63,434 nucleotides of DNA, filler included, from Octopus bimaculoides (GCF_001194135.2; 5 parts of 5 records of this genome joined end to end with filler, not necessarily neighbours in it), one strand, 5' to 3'. Positions 50,415 through 63,207 are shown, counted from the whole stretch's first letter. Notes: a model not told the origin generated them from the sequence alone. Numbers and translations: made by a program.

Positions 50415-51025
50415 CTGGAGAGAAAAAGGAAATTGTAAAATATTGTTAAATACTGTAAAATAATGTTAAATGATACTATTGTTCAATATTAAATGGATAC
50501 TAAAAGCTCACTGATTCTTTTTGGCAGATTTCTTGATAATCCCATACCAATATGGTAGTTACTGGAAAATAAGTTGATTGATTCTTTTGTGCATGCAAAA
50601 ATATGCATTATTAAAAAGTTACAAGAAAGCAAAGTTCCAGAACGAAGGGAGGACACCAAACTATAATTATGCCAAGAAAGACAGGATGGTCATGGCAGGA
50701 ACGTTTTTAAAAGGATAAGAAATTTTGAGGGGAAGGAAAAATATGCTACGTGTTTGAAAGTAGTTGATATCAAAAAATAGCAACTAAATCAGTGTGAAAC
50801 AAAACAATTTAATAACGAATTTAAAAATAAAAGTCTTAAATTTCGTTGATATAATAGGTGTAGGCATTGGTGTGGTTAAGAAGCTTGCTTTGTAATCATG
50901 TGGTTTCAGGTTCAGTCCCACTGTGCAGTAGTACCTTGGGTTAGTGTCTCCTATTATAGCCCCAGGCTGATGAATGCCTTGTGAGTGAACCTGGCAGGTG
51001 GAAACTGTGCGGAAGCTTATAATAC

Positions 51026-51106
<81 letters not shown>

Positions 51107-52260
51107 CAATATATATATATATATATATATATGCCTAGCCATCTCCTGTCAAACTGTCCAACCCATGCCATCAAGGAAAGCAGACATTAAACGATGATGA
51201 TGATGATGATATATATATATATATATATACATACACACACACACACACACATATATAAATACATGTGTGTCTTCATTCCCCACCACAGCCACTTGACAAC
51301 TGGTGTTGGTTGGTTTATATCCACATGACTTACTGTTCAGCAAAAGAAACTGATAGAATAAGTATCAGACTAAAAAAAAAACAAGTACTGGGATCGATTT
51401 ATTCAACTAAAAACCCTGAGAGCCAATTCCTCCAGCATGGCCGTAATTCAAGGAATTTAGTTTCCATAGACGCAGGTGTGGCTGTGTGGTAAGAAGCTTG
51501 CTTCACAACTACATGGTTCCAGGTTCAGTCCCATTTCATGGCACCTTGGGCAAGTGTCTTCTATTATAGCCTCAAGCTGACCAATGCCTTGTGAGTGGAT
51601 TTGGTAGACNNNNNNNNNNNNNNNNNNNNNNNNNNNNNNNNNNNNNNNNNNNNNNNNNNNNNNNNNNNNNNNNNNNNNNNNNNNNNNNNNNNNNNNNNNN
51701 NNNNNNNNNNNNNNNNNNNTGTGCGTGCATGCGTGTGTGTGTGTGTGGTAGGCTTCTTTCAGTTTCTTATTTTCAGTTTGCTGGGCAAAATGCTTGGCGG
51801 TATTTTGTCTGCTGTTATGTTCTGAGTTCAAATTCCACCGAGGTCAACTTTGCCTTTCATCCTTTCAGGGTTGATAAAGTAAGTATAAGTTGTTGCATGC
51901 TGGGGTCGATCTAACTGGCTGCCCCCCACCCCACCCCCAAAAAATTTCGGGCCTTGTGCCTAGAGTAGAAAAGAATTTTGCTCCAAACATCAACTTAATG
52001 GTGAGAAGAGTATTTTTACTAAATTGCTTATTATTTTAAAAATTCGCTGAAACAAGGTAGAGTATTTCATCAGAAATATAAGAAAATACATTAGCTAATG
52101 TAGTCTTAGATACACGATGACGGGGAAAAAGAATGGGATGGTCACAGCTGAAATGCCTTTGATCATAAATTTGCTTAACCAGGGCTGAATAAGGGTCACA
52201 GCACAACAGCAACAACAACAAATATAACAAAAACATTAAAAAAAAACCCAATGTACTTAC

Positions 52261-52552
52261 AATTCTTTGGTCAAATGTTCTTGTTTATATTTAGCAAGTC
52301 TAAAATTCAGCAGAGATCTGGCAGTATTAGTAATTGGAACAGGAAGTTTATCAGGGTTTATCCGTGGAAATCTGGTGGGAACTTCTTCTAAGTATTTAGA
52401 TTTTCTTGCTGTCATTTTAGATTTATTTGGTTTGTTAATTACATTTCCGGACGCCATTTTAGTGGCTTGAGAAAGCGCCAATGACGCCAGCAAAGCAGGT
52501 TCGAAGTTCTTTTCTCCAAGATTATTCAAAGATTTGTAGAAAAAAAAAAAAC
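52261..52552 (-). CDS. Exon containing the probable start codon (ATG 52457-52455) of the unknown minus-strand gene
   Basis: Acceptor CTTTTCCTATCACAG, donor TT|GTAAGT (phase 2, completes TTG with the next exon); fully open; ACTAAAATGGCG Kozak-like context; MASGNVINKPNKSKMTARKSKYLEEVPTRFPRINPDKLPVPITNTARSLLNFRLAKYKQEHLTKE. Confidence 0.8.
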
Positions 52553-54279
52553 CTGTGATAGGAAAAGTTCCATAGTGTGTAACAGGACACAGAATACAAG
52601 GTTAATACAAAAAGTGCTTGTTTTGAAGGAACTAACACACTAGGTGCAGTTTGTTACCACAACAGGATTCAACCCTCAGTTACGAGCACTACACCAAAGA
52701 TCACACCGAAACACCCTGACACATACAGCCCCATTGCCCTCAACCAGAATACTACTACATCATCTTAAACAGACTCTGTCTCTCACTCAGTCCAGACTCC
52801 AGACAAACACAAAACTATTATATACAAAAATAATTGTGGAGGCGGATGGCTTAGTGGTTAGGGTGTCAGACTCATGATTGTAGTGTTGATTCCTGGACTG
52901 GGTGACGTGCTGTATTCTTGAGCAAAACACTTCATGTTGCTCCAGTCCATTCAGCTAGAAAAAAATGAGTAATATCTTGGCATCTGAAGCAGCTGGAGAT
53001 ACGATAGTTTGACCAAAAGAACCAGCTATTTCAAGCAAAAATAAATATTGAAAAAAATGCATTTGGCCAAATTTGGACATACATAATAGCAACGACATAT
53101 ATTTTCAGGAAATTGCTTAACAACAATTGTGCAAAGGAAGCATTTTTACACCATTTGTTAAATGTTTTTTAGAGTGCAACCCTGCTTAATTCTTATATCT
53201 TATATCTGTCATGTGATTCAGTCACTGGACTGTGGCCATGCTGGGGCATTGCCTTGAGGGGTTTAGACAAACTGAGCCTAGTACGTACGTCTTTTTTTTT
53301 TTAAGTTTGGTATTTATTCTATCAATGTCTTTTACCAAACTGCCAAGTTATAGGGACGTAAACAAACCAACGTTAGTTGTCAAGCAGTTTGGGGGATAAA
53401 CACAAACACACACATACTCACATATATATGGGTTTCCACACAGTTTCCATCAGCCAGATTCACTCTCAAGGCATTGGCTGGACTGGGGTCATAGTAGAAG
53501 ACACTTTTCCAAGGTGCCATACAATGGGGCTAAAACCTGAAACCCTCATTTCGTTACATAAATTTTATATTACTTTTATTCCATTGCAAAGAAAACAATT
53601 CTTTCATTTTTATTTCACAGGCCTAGTTTCTGGCAAATGACAATCTCTGCCAATTTCAGTGCTTTCACTTTCTGGATCATAAAACGAAACATTGCCTGAA
53701 ATATTACAAGTTATCAATCACGTTCATTGNNNNNNNNNNNNNNNNNNNNNNNNNNNNNNNNNNNNNNNNNNNNNNNNNNNNNNNNNNNNNNNNNNNNNNN
53801 NNNNNNNNNNNNNNNNNNNNNNNNNNNNNNNNNNNNNNNNNNNNNNNNNNNNNNNNNNNNNNNNNNNNNNNNNNNNNNNNNNNNNNNNNNNNNNNNNNAC
53901 TTAAAGCGTTGACATTTTTATTCATTCATTCGTTTTGAAATGCTAGGAAATATCCATATTTTTTACGATCTTTTGAACTTAGTACATACAATATGGTGGC
54001 CAAAGTGAAACAAGCTGCACTGATTGAAAAAGTAAAAGGCGAACATAAAACCATCAATAATCAATAATAAACATATTAATCTAAAAGTCGCTTGATTTAT
54101 TATATTTTAACGTTTATGCTTTTTTTTTTTTTTTTCAATTATTAAACTGAACCTTTTTTTTTAAGGCGGACGGACAATGTTTCGTTATTAGTACATGACA
54201 TCAGCCATGAGCGAGTGTGCGTGCAAATGTCTGCATGCTTCTTCAGTTCTATCGAGCAGATGAAAGAATAATGTCACAC

Positions 54280-54296
54280 ACTCACCCATGACGTCA
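54280..54296 (-). promoter_or_regulatory. Candidate first-exon donor (ATGG|GTGAGT) overlapping a perfect CRE palindrome TGACGTCA (54289-54296)
   Basis: Consensus donor 1.7 kb upstream of the 52552 acceptor; ATG G is phase 1, in frame with the next exon. Confidence 0.35.
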
Positions 54297-54364
54297 TAGA
54301 TTTTTACCGAAAGACTACACGACATAATATAGAAAGGAAAACAAAAATAAAAAGAATACGCTAC

Positions 54365-54611
54365 GTTAAAGGCGGTGAGCTGGCTGAAACGTTAGCACGC
54401 CGGGCGAAATGCTTACAAGTATTTCGTCTGCCGTTAAGTTCTGAGTTCGAAGTCCGCCGAGGTCGACTTTACCTTTCATCTTTTCGGGGTCGATAAATTA
54501 AGTACCAGTTACGCACTGGGGTCGATGTAATCGACTTAATCCCCTTGTCTGTCCTTCTTTGTCCCCTCTATGTTTAGTCCCTTGTGGGCAATAATAAAAA
54601 AATAAATAAAT
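54365..54611 (+). mobile_element. Young SINE family B copy with a perfect 21-bp TSD
   Basis: AAAATAAAAAGAATACGCTAC at 54344-54364 and 54612-54632; near-consensus body; A-rich tail. Confidence 0.92.
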
Positions 54612-56378
54612 AAAATAAAAAGAATACGCTACATGTATCCGCCAGCCATCTGACTCGNNNNNNNNNNNGCATACATTAAGGTTACAGAGGAATTCCATGC
54701 GGAAACCAAAAGTGGAGAATCGGGAGGCGGTTATTTCACGCATGCAGACATTGTTTCTTCATACATACATTATTCCAATTAAATTTTTTTTTTTCAATTA
54801 CTTCCCATGGTTACTGTACTGTGACTCTTCTTGAATTTGTTCAACGAATATTTTTTTAATAAAAACGAAAATTTTATTTTAAAATATCCAGTTTTCGGAA
54901 AGTTAAATCGCGATGCGAAATTCTTCCCTACCCCCTCCACGCGAAAAAAATTTTCACGACAAATTCCAATATAATCATAATCGGTGATATTTCGTACTGG
55001 TATCGAAAGATCGCCTCATAATCTACACCATCTGAAAAGTATTTGCAGAAATTTCTTTATTAAAAATATCTATTTTCTAGAAAGTCGTGTGAAAACAAAT
55101 TGGAAAGGAGGGGCAAATTTCTGTAGTTATACGTCACTTCGTCCGCCATATTATATGTACAAAGTTCGAAAGTTCATATTTTTCTATTACACATTTACAA
55201 TTGTACTCTATAGTTATATTTTATCATGTCAAAAGGCCCAATAAAAAAAAGCACCAAAACCCCTCCCTACCCAAAATACTAATAATTAACTTTCAAATTT
55301 TAACTATAGAGAAAACTGTTCCTTACCTTGTATAATAAATTATTCTTGAGTATAAACAGAATAATGAATAACGTGTTTCAAAATATTCAATCATTAATCT
55401 GGATTTTCTTAAGTCTTAGAACTTTGTTCTATTTTTCAAATTTGCGGCGCACCATTTAAAAGAGAACACCAGCACTCTAAGTAGGCGCACGAACTGTTAG
55501 AAATAGCAACCAAATGTCCCTCAAATCATAGCCTATTGTTTTCAAAAGAAGGCATCGCAGAATGTAGACCTTACCTTTATATATATATGTATGTATGTAT
55601 TTTCGTTACATATCTGTATCTAAAGAAAAGGAGGGATGCTCATGGCTGAAGCGCGTTTGATCATAGGCCTTGCTCGGTCAGGGCTGACCAAATGCTAAAC
55701 AATAATAGCAACAACTAACAACAACCAAATTTCATTTATAAAGATTTGGTCAACCCCAATGTTATGGTAAAAAGGCACGTCACTCCAAGGTGCCGCGATG
55801 TGGAATCGAACCCGGAACGATGGAGTTGCGAAGCGAACTTCTTCGACATTATACCAAACTCTTACTGCCCCGTTACTTATAAAGTTAAATGATGTTCGGT
55901 GTCAAGCGTCACGACTGCATTATTAAACGCCCGAGAATCACTTGACTAAGCATTGCATCTGTCTGGGGGATAAAATATGTATGAAAATAGCCGACTGGAG
56001 TTAATTCCGATATAGAAGACAAATGAATCAGACAGACTCTGGCCAAGGTATATTATAAATAAATGTATGAGACGACCTGGAGAGAAGTAGTGCAGTTCTT
56101 CTGGTCGTTATGTTTCAATTAGATTAATGAGTAAACAAAGATAAGGTGGGGTTCTGTCAACCAAATATCTTCTTCGTTGATTTTGAACTTGTCCCACGTC
56201 GATTTGTTTGTTATGGTGGTTGTTTTTGAGTCCCTCCTCGCTAGCAGAAAGTAGCATTCTGGCGAGATGGACAACAGGGTTTGCCTGAAACCTGTCCAGG
56301 CTTGAAGAGAAATTACACTGTTGAATGAGAGAGGCGGGTTTGTTCATTAAATATGCATGCGAGAGAGAAAGAGAGAGA

Positions 56379-56415
<37 letters not shown>

Positions 56416-57380
56416 CGTTTGCGTGCGTGCGTACGAGAGAAAGAGAGGCAGACAAAGAAAAGAAAATGAATAAGGAAAGAAAATAACTGTGTGTGTGTGT
56501 GTGTGTATTTATCTATGTGAGTGTGCAAGAGAAAGCAAAAAATGAGGAGTGATAGGGAAAGAAAACGAAAGTATGTATTAGTAGAGAGAGAAAAAAAATG
56601 AATGAGTAGTGTTGAGGAAGAAGAAAAAACTGAGTATGTTAATGTGTGTGTGAGAGAAAGAGAGAGGGAAAATGTGAATACAAAGAGAGGGGAAGATTAT
56701 TGGTATAAGAGAGAGAGATACAGTATGCATAAGAGGTGGCGAGTCTTTGACAACCAAATTCACAACACAACAGTACACAAAAAACAAAGATTGATAAAGA
56801 ACTCTATCGTATAACACACATATGTAATCAATGCACCCGAATTTCTTTCTACTCCTTAACTTTACGTTCCAAAATAAAACTTATTAACAATTCGGTAAAC
56901 TTAGGAATTTAGTCCTAGGTCGACCCTGATTAAGCAGACCTATAAGAGAAGGCATTCTAGCTGTGACTACTACGTTCTTGCTTCGTTTCTTTTTTTTTTT
57001 TCATTTTTCTGGGGGGTTTTTCGGTGTATTTAAGAAGACAAACTACCTGTGTCCCCAAAGTTGATTTCAAGTTTCGTCTTAAAAACCGAAATTAGAAGAG
57101 TTTAATTAGAATCTTTGATACTTCTGAAAACCTGCTTTATTCCTGTGAATTTAGCCACGAAAATAACTTAAATCGAATCAAATATTTCTTTCTAACTTTC
57201 TAATTTGTTCTTTGTTTCGTTGGGGTTTTTTACCTCCTCCTGCTACTGGTGGTGGAGAGGATTTATTTAACAATTAGACATTTCATAAATAAGCTAAACA
57301 TTTAACCCATAAAAAGAAAGAAGATAGATACTATACCTCGTAAGGAATTTTGTAAGCAAAACTTGTTTCTCTGTGTATAT

Positions 57381-57727
57381 CAGGGCCCGATTAAGACCCA
57401 TTGAGGCCCTAAGCACTTTTACCAAGATTCTGGTGTCCCCCAGAATGTATGTAATTCCAAATATAAGCAATAATAAACCATAAAATAAATTTATATTTTT
57501 CAAAATGAAACAAAACTAACAATAAGATGGAAAATAAAGTTTTATTTTGACACTATCGACACTTCGAAATTATATTTCTGACAATGTGAACCACTTTGAA
57601 TGTTATTTTAGCAAGTTTAAAGTGATTTCTTTTGTGCCGTAAACCATTTACCATTTCTGTGGTACCACTCACTTCCCATAATGCCCTAAGCACGTGCTTA
57701 TTTTGCTTAATGGTTAATCCAGCGCTG
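57381..57727. mobile_element. hAT-type MITE
   Basis: TIRs CAGGGCCCGATTAA / TTAATCCAGCGCTG; 8-bp flanks GTGTATAT / ATGTATGT (6/8). Confidence 0.65.
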
Positions 57728-57938
57728 ATGTATGTATGTATGTACTATTTGCGTACATGCATGAATACGTAGACCCCCCCCACCCCATATATATATATAT
57801 GTATGTGTGTGTGTATAAATATATATACACATACAAACACACATACATACATGCACATACACATACACACACCGATACAGATCATAGGGATAGGTATGCT
57901 TCAAATGGCACATCTTAACTAAAAAAAAAAAAAAAAAA

Positions 57939-58038
57939 NNNNNNNNNNNNNNNNNNNNNNNNNNNNNNNNNNNNNNNNNNNNTTAATTAATTAANNNNNN
58001 NNNNNNNNNNNNNNNNNNNNNNNNNNNNNNNNNNNNNN
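57939..58038. other. Artificial scaffold-join spacer
   Basis: N44-TTAATTAATTAA-N44 (linker 57983-57994). Confidence 0.95.
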
Positions 58039-58449
58039 GAACAAAAACTCTACCAGGAAATAGAAGAGAGATACAACACTGAATTTAGGAAGTATATTGA
58101 AAAAAAGCATGGAAGAGATACCTCAACGATTGCTTTATAATCTGGACAAAATCTCAGATAAGAAAACAGGAAAAAAATAATATTTTTTTCCTTTTTTCTT
58201 ATCTCTTTTTTTTTCTCTTGCTTGATTTACCCCTAACCTGCTGTCCATTACTACTTAATCTACTTTCCTCTAAATTGAAATTACTGCTATCTTACCCCTC
58301 AAATTAGAATATATAGAATTTAAATACATGTTTGATTCACTAGACTGTTGATTAACAATCCAGTCAAGATGGAATTTTCTTCATCTCCTACTCTTGTATT
58401 TGCACACATCTACAAAACGACTTTTTGAAATGAACTTCCATTACGCAGC

Positions 58450-59691
58450 TGACCCTAATTCTAACCCTAACGCTAACCCTAACCCTAACTTTAACCCTAA
58501 CCCTAACCATAACCCTAACACTAACACTAACGCTAAACCTAACCCTAACACTAACCCTATCCCTAACCCTAGCCCTAGCCCTAACCCTAATCCTAACCCT
58601 AACCACTAACCCAAACACTTACGCTAACCCTAAACCTAACCATAACCATAACCCTAACGCTAACCTTAACCCTAACCCTAATCCTAACCCTGACCCTAAC
58701 CCTAACGCTAACCCTAACCCTAACACTAGCCCTAACCCTAACACTAACCCTAACCCTAACCCTTACCGTTACCCTAACCCTAACGCTACCCTAACCCTAA
58801 CCCTAACCCTAACCCTAGCCCTAACCCTAACCCTAACCCTTGCCCTAACCCTATCACTAACCCTAACCCTAACCCTAACGCAAACCCTAGCTCTAACTCT
58901 AACACTAACCCTAACCTTAACGCTAACCCTAACCCTAACGCTAACGCTAACCCTAACACTAATCTTCACTCTAACCCTAACACTAGCCCTAACACTAACA
59001 CTAGCCCTNNNNNNNNNNNNNNNNNNNNNNNNNNNNNNNNNNNNNNNNNNNNNNNNNNNNNNNNNNNNNNNNNNNNNNNNNNNNNNNNNNNNNNNNNNNN
59101 NNNNNNNNNNNNNNNNNNNNNNNNNNNNNNNNNNNNNNNNNNNNNNNNNNNNNNNNNNNNNNNNNNNNNNNNNNNNNNNNNNNNNNNNNNNNNNNNNNNN
59201 NNNNNNNNNNNNNNNNNNNNNNNNNNNNNNNNNNNNNNNNNNNNNNNNNNNNNNNNNNNNNNNNNNNNNNNNNNNNNNNNNNNNNNNNNNNNNNNNNNNN
59301 NNNNNNNNNNNNNNNNNNNNNNNNNNNNNNNNNNNNNNNNNNNNNNNNNNNNNNNNNNNNNNNNNNNNNNNNNNNNNNNNNNNNNNNNNNNNNNNNNNNN
59401 NNNNNNNNNNNNNNNNNNGCTAACCCTAACCCTAACGCTAACGCTAACCCTAACACTAATCTTCACTCTAACCCTAACACTAGCCCTAACACTAACACTA
59501 GCCCTAACCCTAACCCTAACCCTCAACCTAACCCTAAACCTAACCCTAACCCTAACCCTAACCCTAATCCTAACCCTAACCCTAAACCTAACCTAAACCC
59601 TTAACCTAACCCTAACCCTTAACCTAACCCTAACCCTAACCCTCAACCTAACCGTAACCCTAACCCTAAACCTAAACCTAACCCTAACCCT
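58450..59691 (+). repeat. Telomere-type (CCCTAA)n array with variant units
   Basis: CCCTAA mixed with CACTAA, CGCTAA, CCCTAG, CCATAA, CCTTAA; interrupted by an N gap. Confidence 0.95.
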
Positions 59692-61563
59692 CTCTCTCGC
59701 GCTCCACTCACTCTAGCTCCTCTCTCTCTTCCTGCTCTCTCTCTCTCGCTCTTCTCTCTCTCTCTCGCTCCACTCTCGCGCTCCTTTCTCTATCTCGCTG
59801 CTTCCTATCTCTTGCTCCTCTCTCTCTCACTAGCTCCTCTCTCTCTTCCTCCTCTCACACTTGCTCCTCTCTCTCTCGATCTTCTCTCTCCCGCTCCTCT
59901 CTCTCGCTGCTCTCTTTCTCTCGCTCCACTCTCTCTCCCTCCTTTCTCTCTCGCTCCTCTCTCTCTTGCTCCTCTCTCTCTCTCTCGCTTTATTTCTTTC
60001 TCTCTCTCTCTCTCTCTCTCCCTCTATCTCTGTCTCTCAATCTCTCTCCCTCTCTCTCTCACTCTCCCTCTCTCTCTCTGTCTCTCACTCTCTCTGTCTC
60101 TCTCTCTCGCTCTATCTCTGTCTCTGTCTCTCTCTCTATCTATCTATCTATTTCTCTCTCTCTCTCTATCTCTGTCTCTGTCTCTCTGTTTTCTCTCTCT
60201 CTCTGTATGTCTGTCTCTCTCTCTCTCTTTGTCTCTTTCTCTCTCTCTGTCTCTCTCTCTCGCTCAATCTCTGTCACTCTCTCTCTCCTTCTCTATCTCT
60301 CTCTCTCCCTCATGTATGGATGTACGTACGTATCTACGAACATATGTATGGATGTACGTACGTACCTACCTACGTATGTATGGACGTACGTACCTCCGAA
60401 CGTATGTGTGGATGTACCTACGTATCTACGTAAGTTTGTGTGGGTGAACGTACGTACCTACCTAATTATGTATGGATGTACGTACGTATGTATGGATGTA
60501 CGTACGTATGTATGGATGTACGTACGTATGGATGGATGTACGTACGTACCTACGTATGGATGTACGTACGTAGCTACTACGTATCTATGGATGCACGTAC
60601 GTGCCTACGTTAGTATGTATGCTCCTCTCTCTCTCGCTCCGCTCTCTCTGTCACCCTTCTCTCTCTCCTCTCTCTCGCTCCTCTCTCTCNNNNNNNNNNN
60701 NNNNNNNNNNNNNNNNNNNNNNNNNNNNNNNNTACGTTAGTATGTATGCTCCTCTCTCTTGCTCCCTTCTCTCTCTCTCGCTCCGCTCTCTCTGTCACCC
60801 TTCTCTCTCGCTCCTCTCTCTCTCTCTCGCTCCTCTGTCTCTCTCGCTCCTCTCTCTCTCTCTCGCTCCTCTTTCTCTCTCTCTCGCTATTCTCTCTCTC
60901 ATGGTCTTCTCACTCTCTCTCTCTCTCTCGCTCCTCTCTCTCTCGCTCCTCTTTCTCTCTCTCGCTATTCTCTCTCTCATGGTCTTCTCACTCTCTCTCT
61001 CGCTCCTCTCTTTTCTCTCGCTCTTCTCTCTCTCTCTCTCGCTCCTCTTTGTCTCTCTCTCTCTCGCTCCCCTCTCTCTCGCTCTTCTCCAGCTCTTCTC
61101 TCTCTCTCGCTCTTCTCTCTCTCTCTCTCTCGCCCTTCTGTCTCTCTACTCACACTCTCTCTCTCTCTCTCTCTGTCACTCCTGTCTCTTCCTCCTCTCT
61201 CTCGCTCCTCTCTCTTTAGCTCCTTTCTCTCTCTCGCTCTTCTCTCTTTCTTTCTCTCTCTCTCTCGCTCCTCTCTCTCTCTCTCTCAATCCTGTCTCTC
61301 TCTTGCTCCTCTATCACTCTCTCTTGCTCCTCTCTCTCTCTCGCTCCTCTTTCTCTCTCTCGCTATTCTCTCTCTCATGGTCTTCTCACTCTCTCTCTCT
61401 CTTCTCTCTCTCTCTCGCTCCTCTATCCCTCACTCCACTCTTTTCTCTCGCTCTTCTCTCTCTCTCTCTCGCTCCTCTTTGTCTCTCTCTCTCGCTCTTC
61501 TCCAGCTCCTCTCTCTCTCTCGCTCTTCTCTCTCTCTCTCTCTCTCGCCCTTCTGTCTCTCTA

Positions 61564-61596
<33 letters not shown>

Positions 61597-61616
61597 GCTC
61601 CTCTCTCTTTAGCTCC
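59692..61616 (+). repeat. Polypyrimidine (CT)n-based satellite containing a TACG-rich minisatellite (60312-60620)
   Basis: CTCTCGCTCCT motifs with higher-order duplications; GTATGGATGTACGTACGTAT-like units. Confidence 0.9.
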
Positions 61617-61716
61617 NNNNNNNNNNNNNNNNNNNNNNNNNNNNNNNNNNNNNNNNNNNNTTAATTAATTAANNNNNNNNNNNNNNNNNNNNNNNNNNNN
61701 NNNNNNNNNNNNNNNN
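61617..61716. other. Artificial scaffold-join spacer
   Basis: N44-TTAATTAATTAA-N44 (linker 61661-61672). Confidence 0.95.
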
Positions 61717-61765
<49 letters not shown>

Positions 61766-63207
61766 TGTATAGATACGTATATATGTTTGTGAATGACGGT
61801 GTTTTTTTATATTTTGTTCACCACTTTTAAAATCGAGTTTGTCTCTCTAATGTTGCATAATGAATTGTTAAACTAATTTCATTGAAGACTGAAATAGCTG
61901 ATCGATCAAAGGCCTTGGAGGTTGTGCACCGGCATGGCCTCAGTCACGGAGGTGAAGCTAGTCAGAGGATATATACAACTATATGTGTACGTATGTATAC
62001 ATACACACATGTGCATGTATATGTGTATATATATTTATATATATATATACATGTGTGTGCGTGTGTGTTTGTGTGTGCATGTATATATTTATCTACACAC
62101 ACACATATATATATATACACACAACTAATTACATGTGCATGTTTGTGTACGTTATCATATGTAAGTATATCCATGGATTCGTATATATGTACAGTTATAT
62201 ACGTATATATATTTATATATATGTGTGTGCGTTTGTATCTGTGTCTGCACACACACACACACACACACACTTTTCTAAATTAATGTGCAGTAGTAATGGA
62301 CCCGGCGGAATCAGACGATTGCCAAACGAACTGCCTACGTCTTAAATATATATCCAAGCGTTTACCTTCATCACGTTTCTAAAATTCAACTCTTTGTGCC
62401 TCTGTGCCAATGTGCCTCTGTTGAAAATCAATACCGATATATCCTATAAAACCTGGCTTTCTGTTTTCCTTTAATCCTGAAAGCTGTGTCGTAATCTCTA
62501 TTGATTTTGCCTGCGAGTTTTAGTGATTATGTTAAGCACTTTCGCTACAATTGGTTTTGCTATCTCGATGTCAGGGAAAAAAATAAATCAAATGCATTCG
62601 TAGATTCTTTTCTGCCGGGAAATTGATTATTTTCGATTTGGTTTCCCTTTAAACCAGTGAATTTTTTTGTTCTCTCTCTTGTTATTCAACAACATCTCCG
62701 TTACCTCCGCCTGTCTTCGACATGCATCGATAAACTTCATCGTAACCACGACGACATACTCCATCCAAGATGAAATATGCACAATCGTGAATTTGTCCTG
62801 CGATTATTATGCGAACAATTACGTTGGTTCAATATTCATTGCCACAAGCATGACTAACACACAATAACAAGCAAACGAAGAACAAAAGACAACCAGGAAG
62901 ATTCTTCGTGGGTGCACGACATGCTAAAAGTAGCAGTGCAATATCCTTTAAAACACCATTTCAATGACTTACTCAATCGCAAGTCCCTCGGGTGTCTTCA
63001 CGTGCAACCATTCACTTGAATACATTCATAACCCCTCAGCAGTCGATTCAACAGTTTAGACAAAAACAAGCGGGAGTGGGGTATTAAACATTATACTTCA
63101 TTCACTTACAAAGCGTTTAATATACACATATACATACACTATATGTATGTATCTATGCTTCTATCCATGTATGCATATATGTGTGTGTATATATATAATG
63201 TGTGTGT

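Noticed and set aside
54801-54814. RFX X-box-like GTAACCATGGGAAG upstream of the minus-strand gene
   Set aside because: One mismatch at a conserved position, the TSS is unknown, and it is expected by chance.
56108-56340. 115-aa minus-strand ORF with a second open frame
   Set aside because: Starts in a microsatellite, no clear donor, and low stop frequency is explained by composition.
58920-59505. Identical 87-bp higher-order unit in the telomeric array
   Set aside because: The copies sit exactly on either side of an N gap; probably an unmerged overlap. The same applies to 60606-60690 versus 60733-60790.
6259-61668. Many long ORFs in the track (IYIY, CVCV, HTHT, NNNN, LLLL, SLSL, VRVR and X-rich ORFs)
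   Set aside because: They are translations of microsatellites, the telomeric repeat or N gaps.
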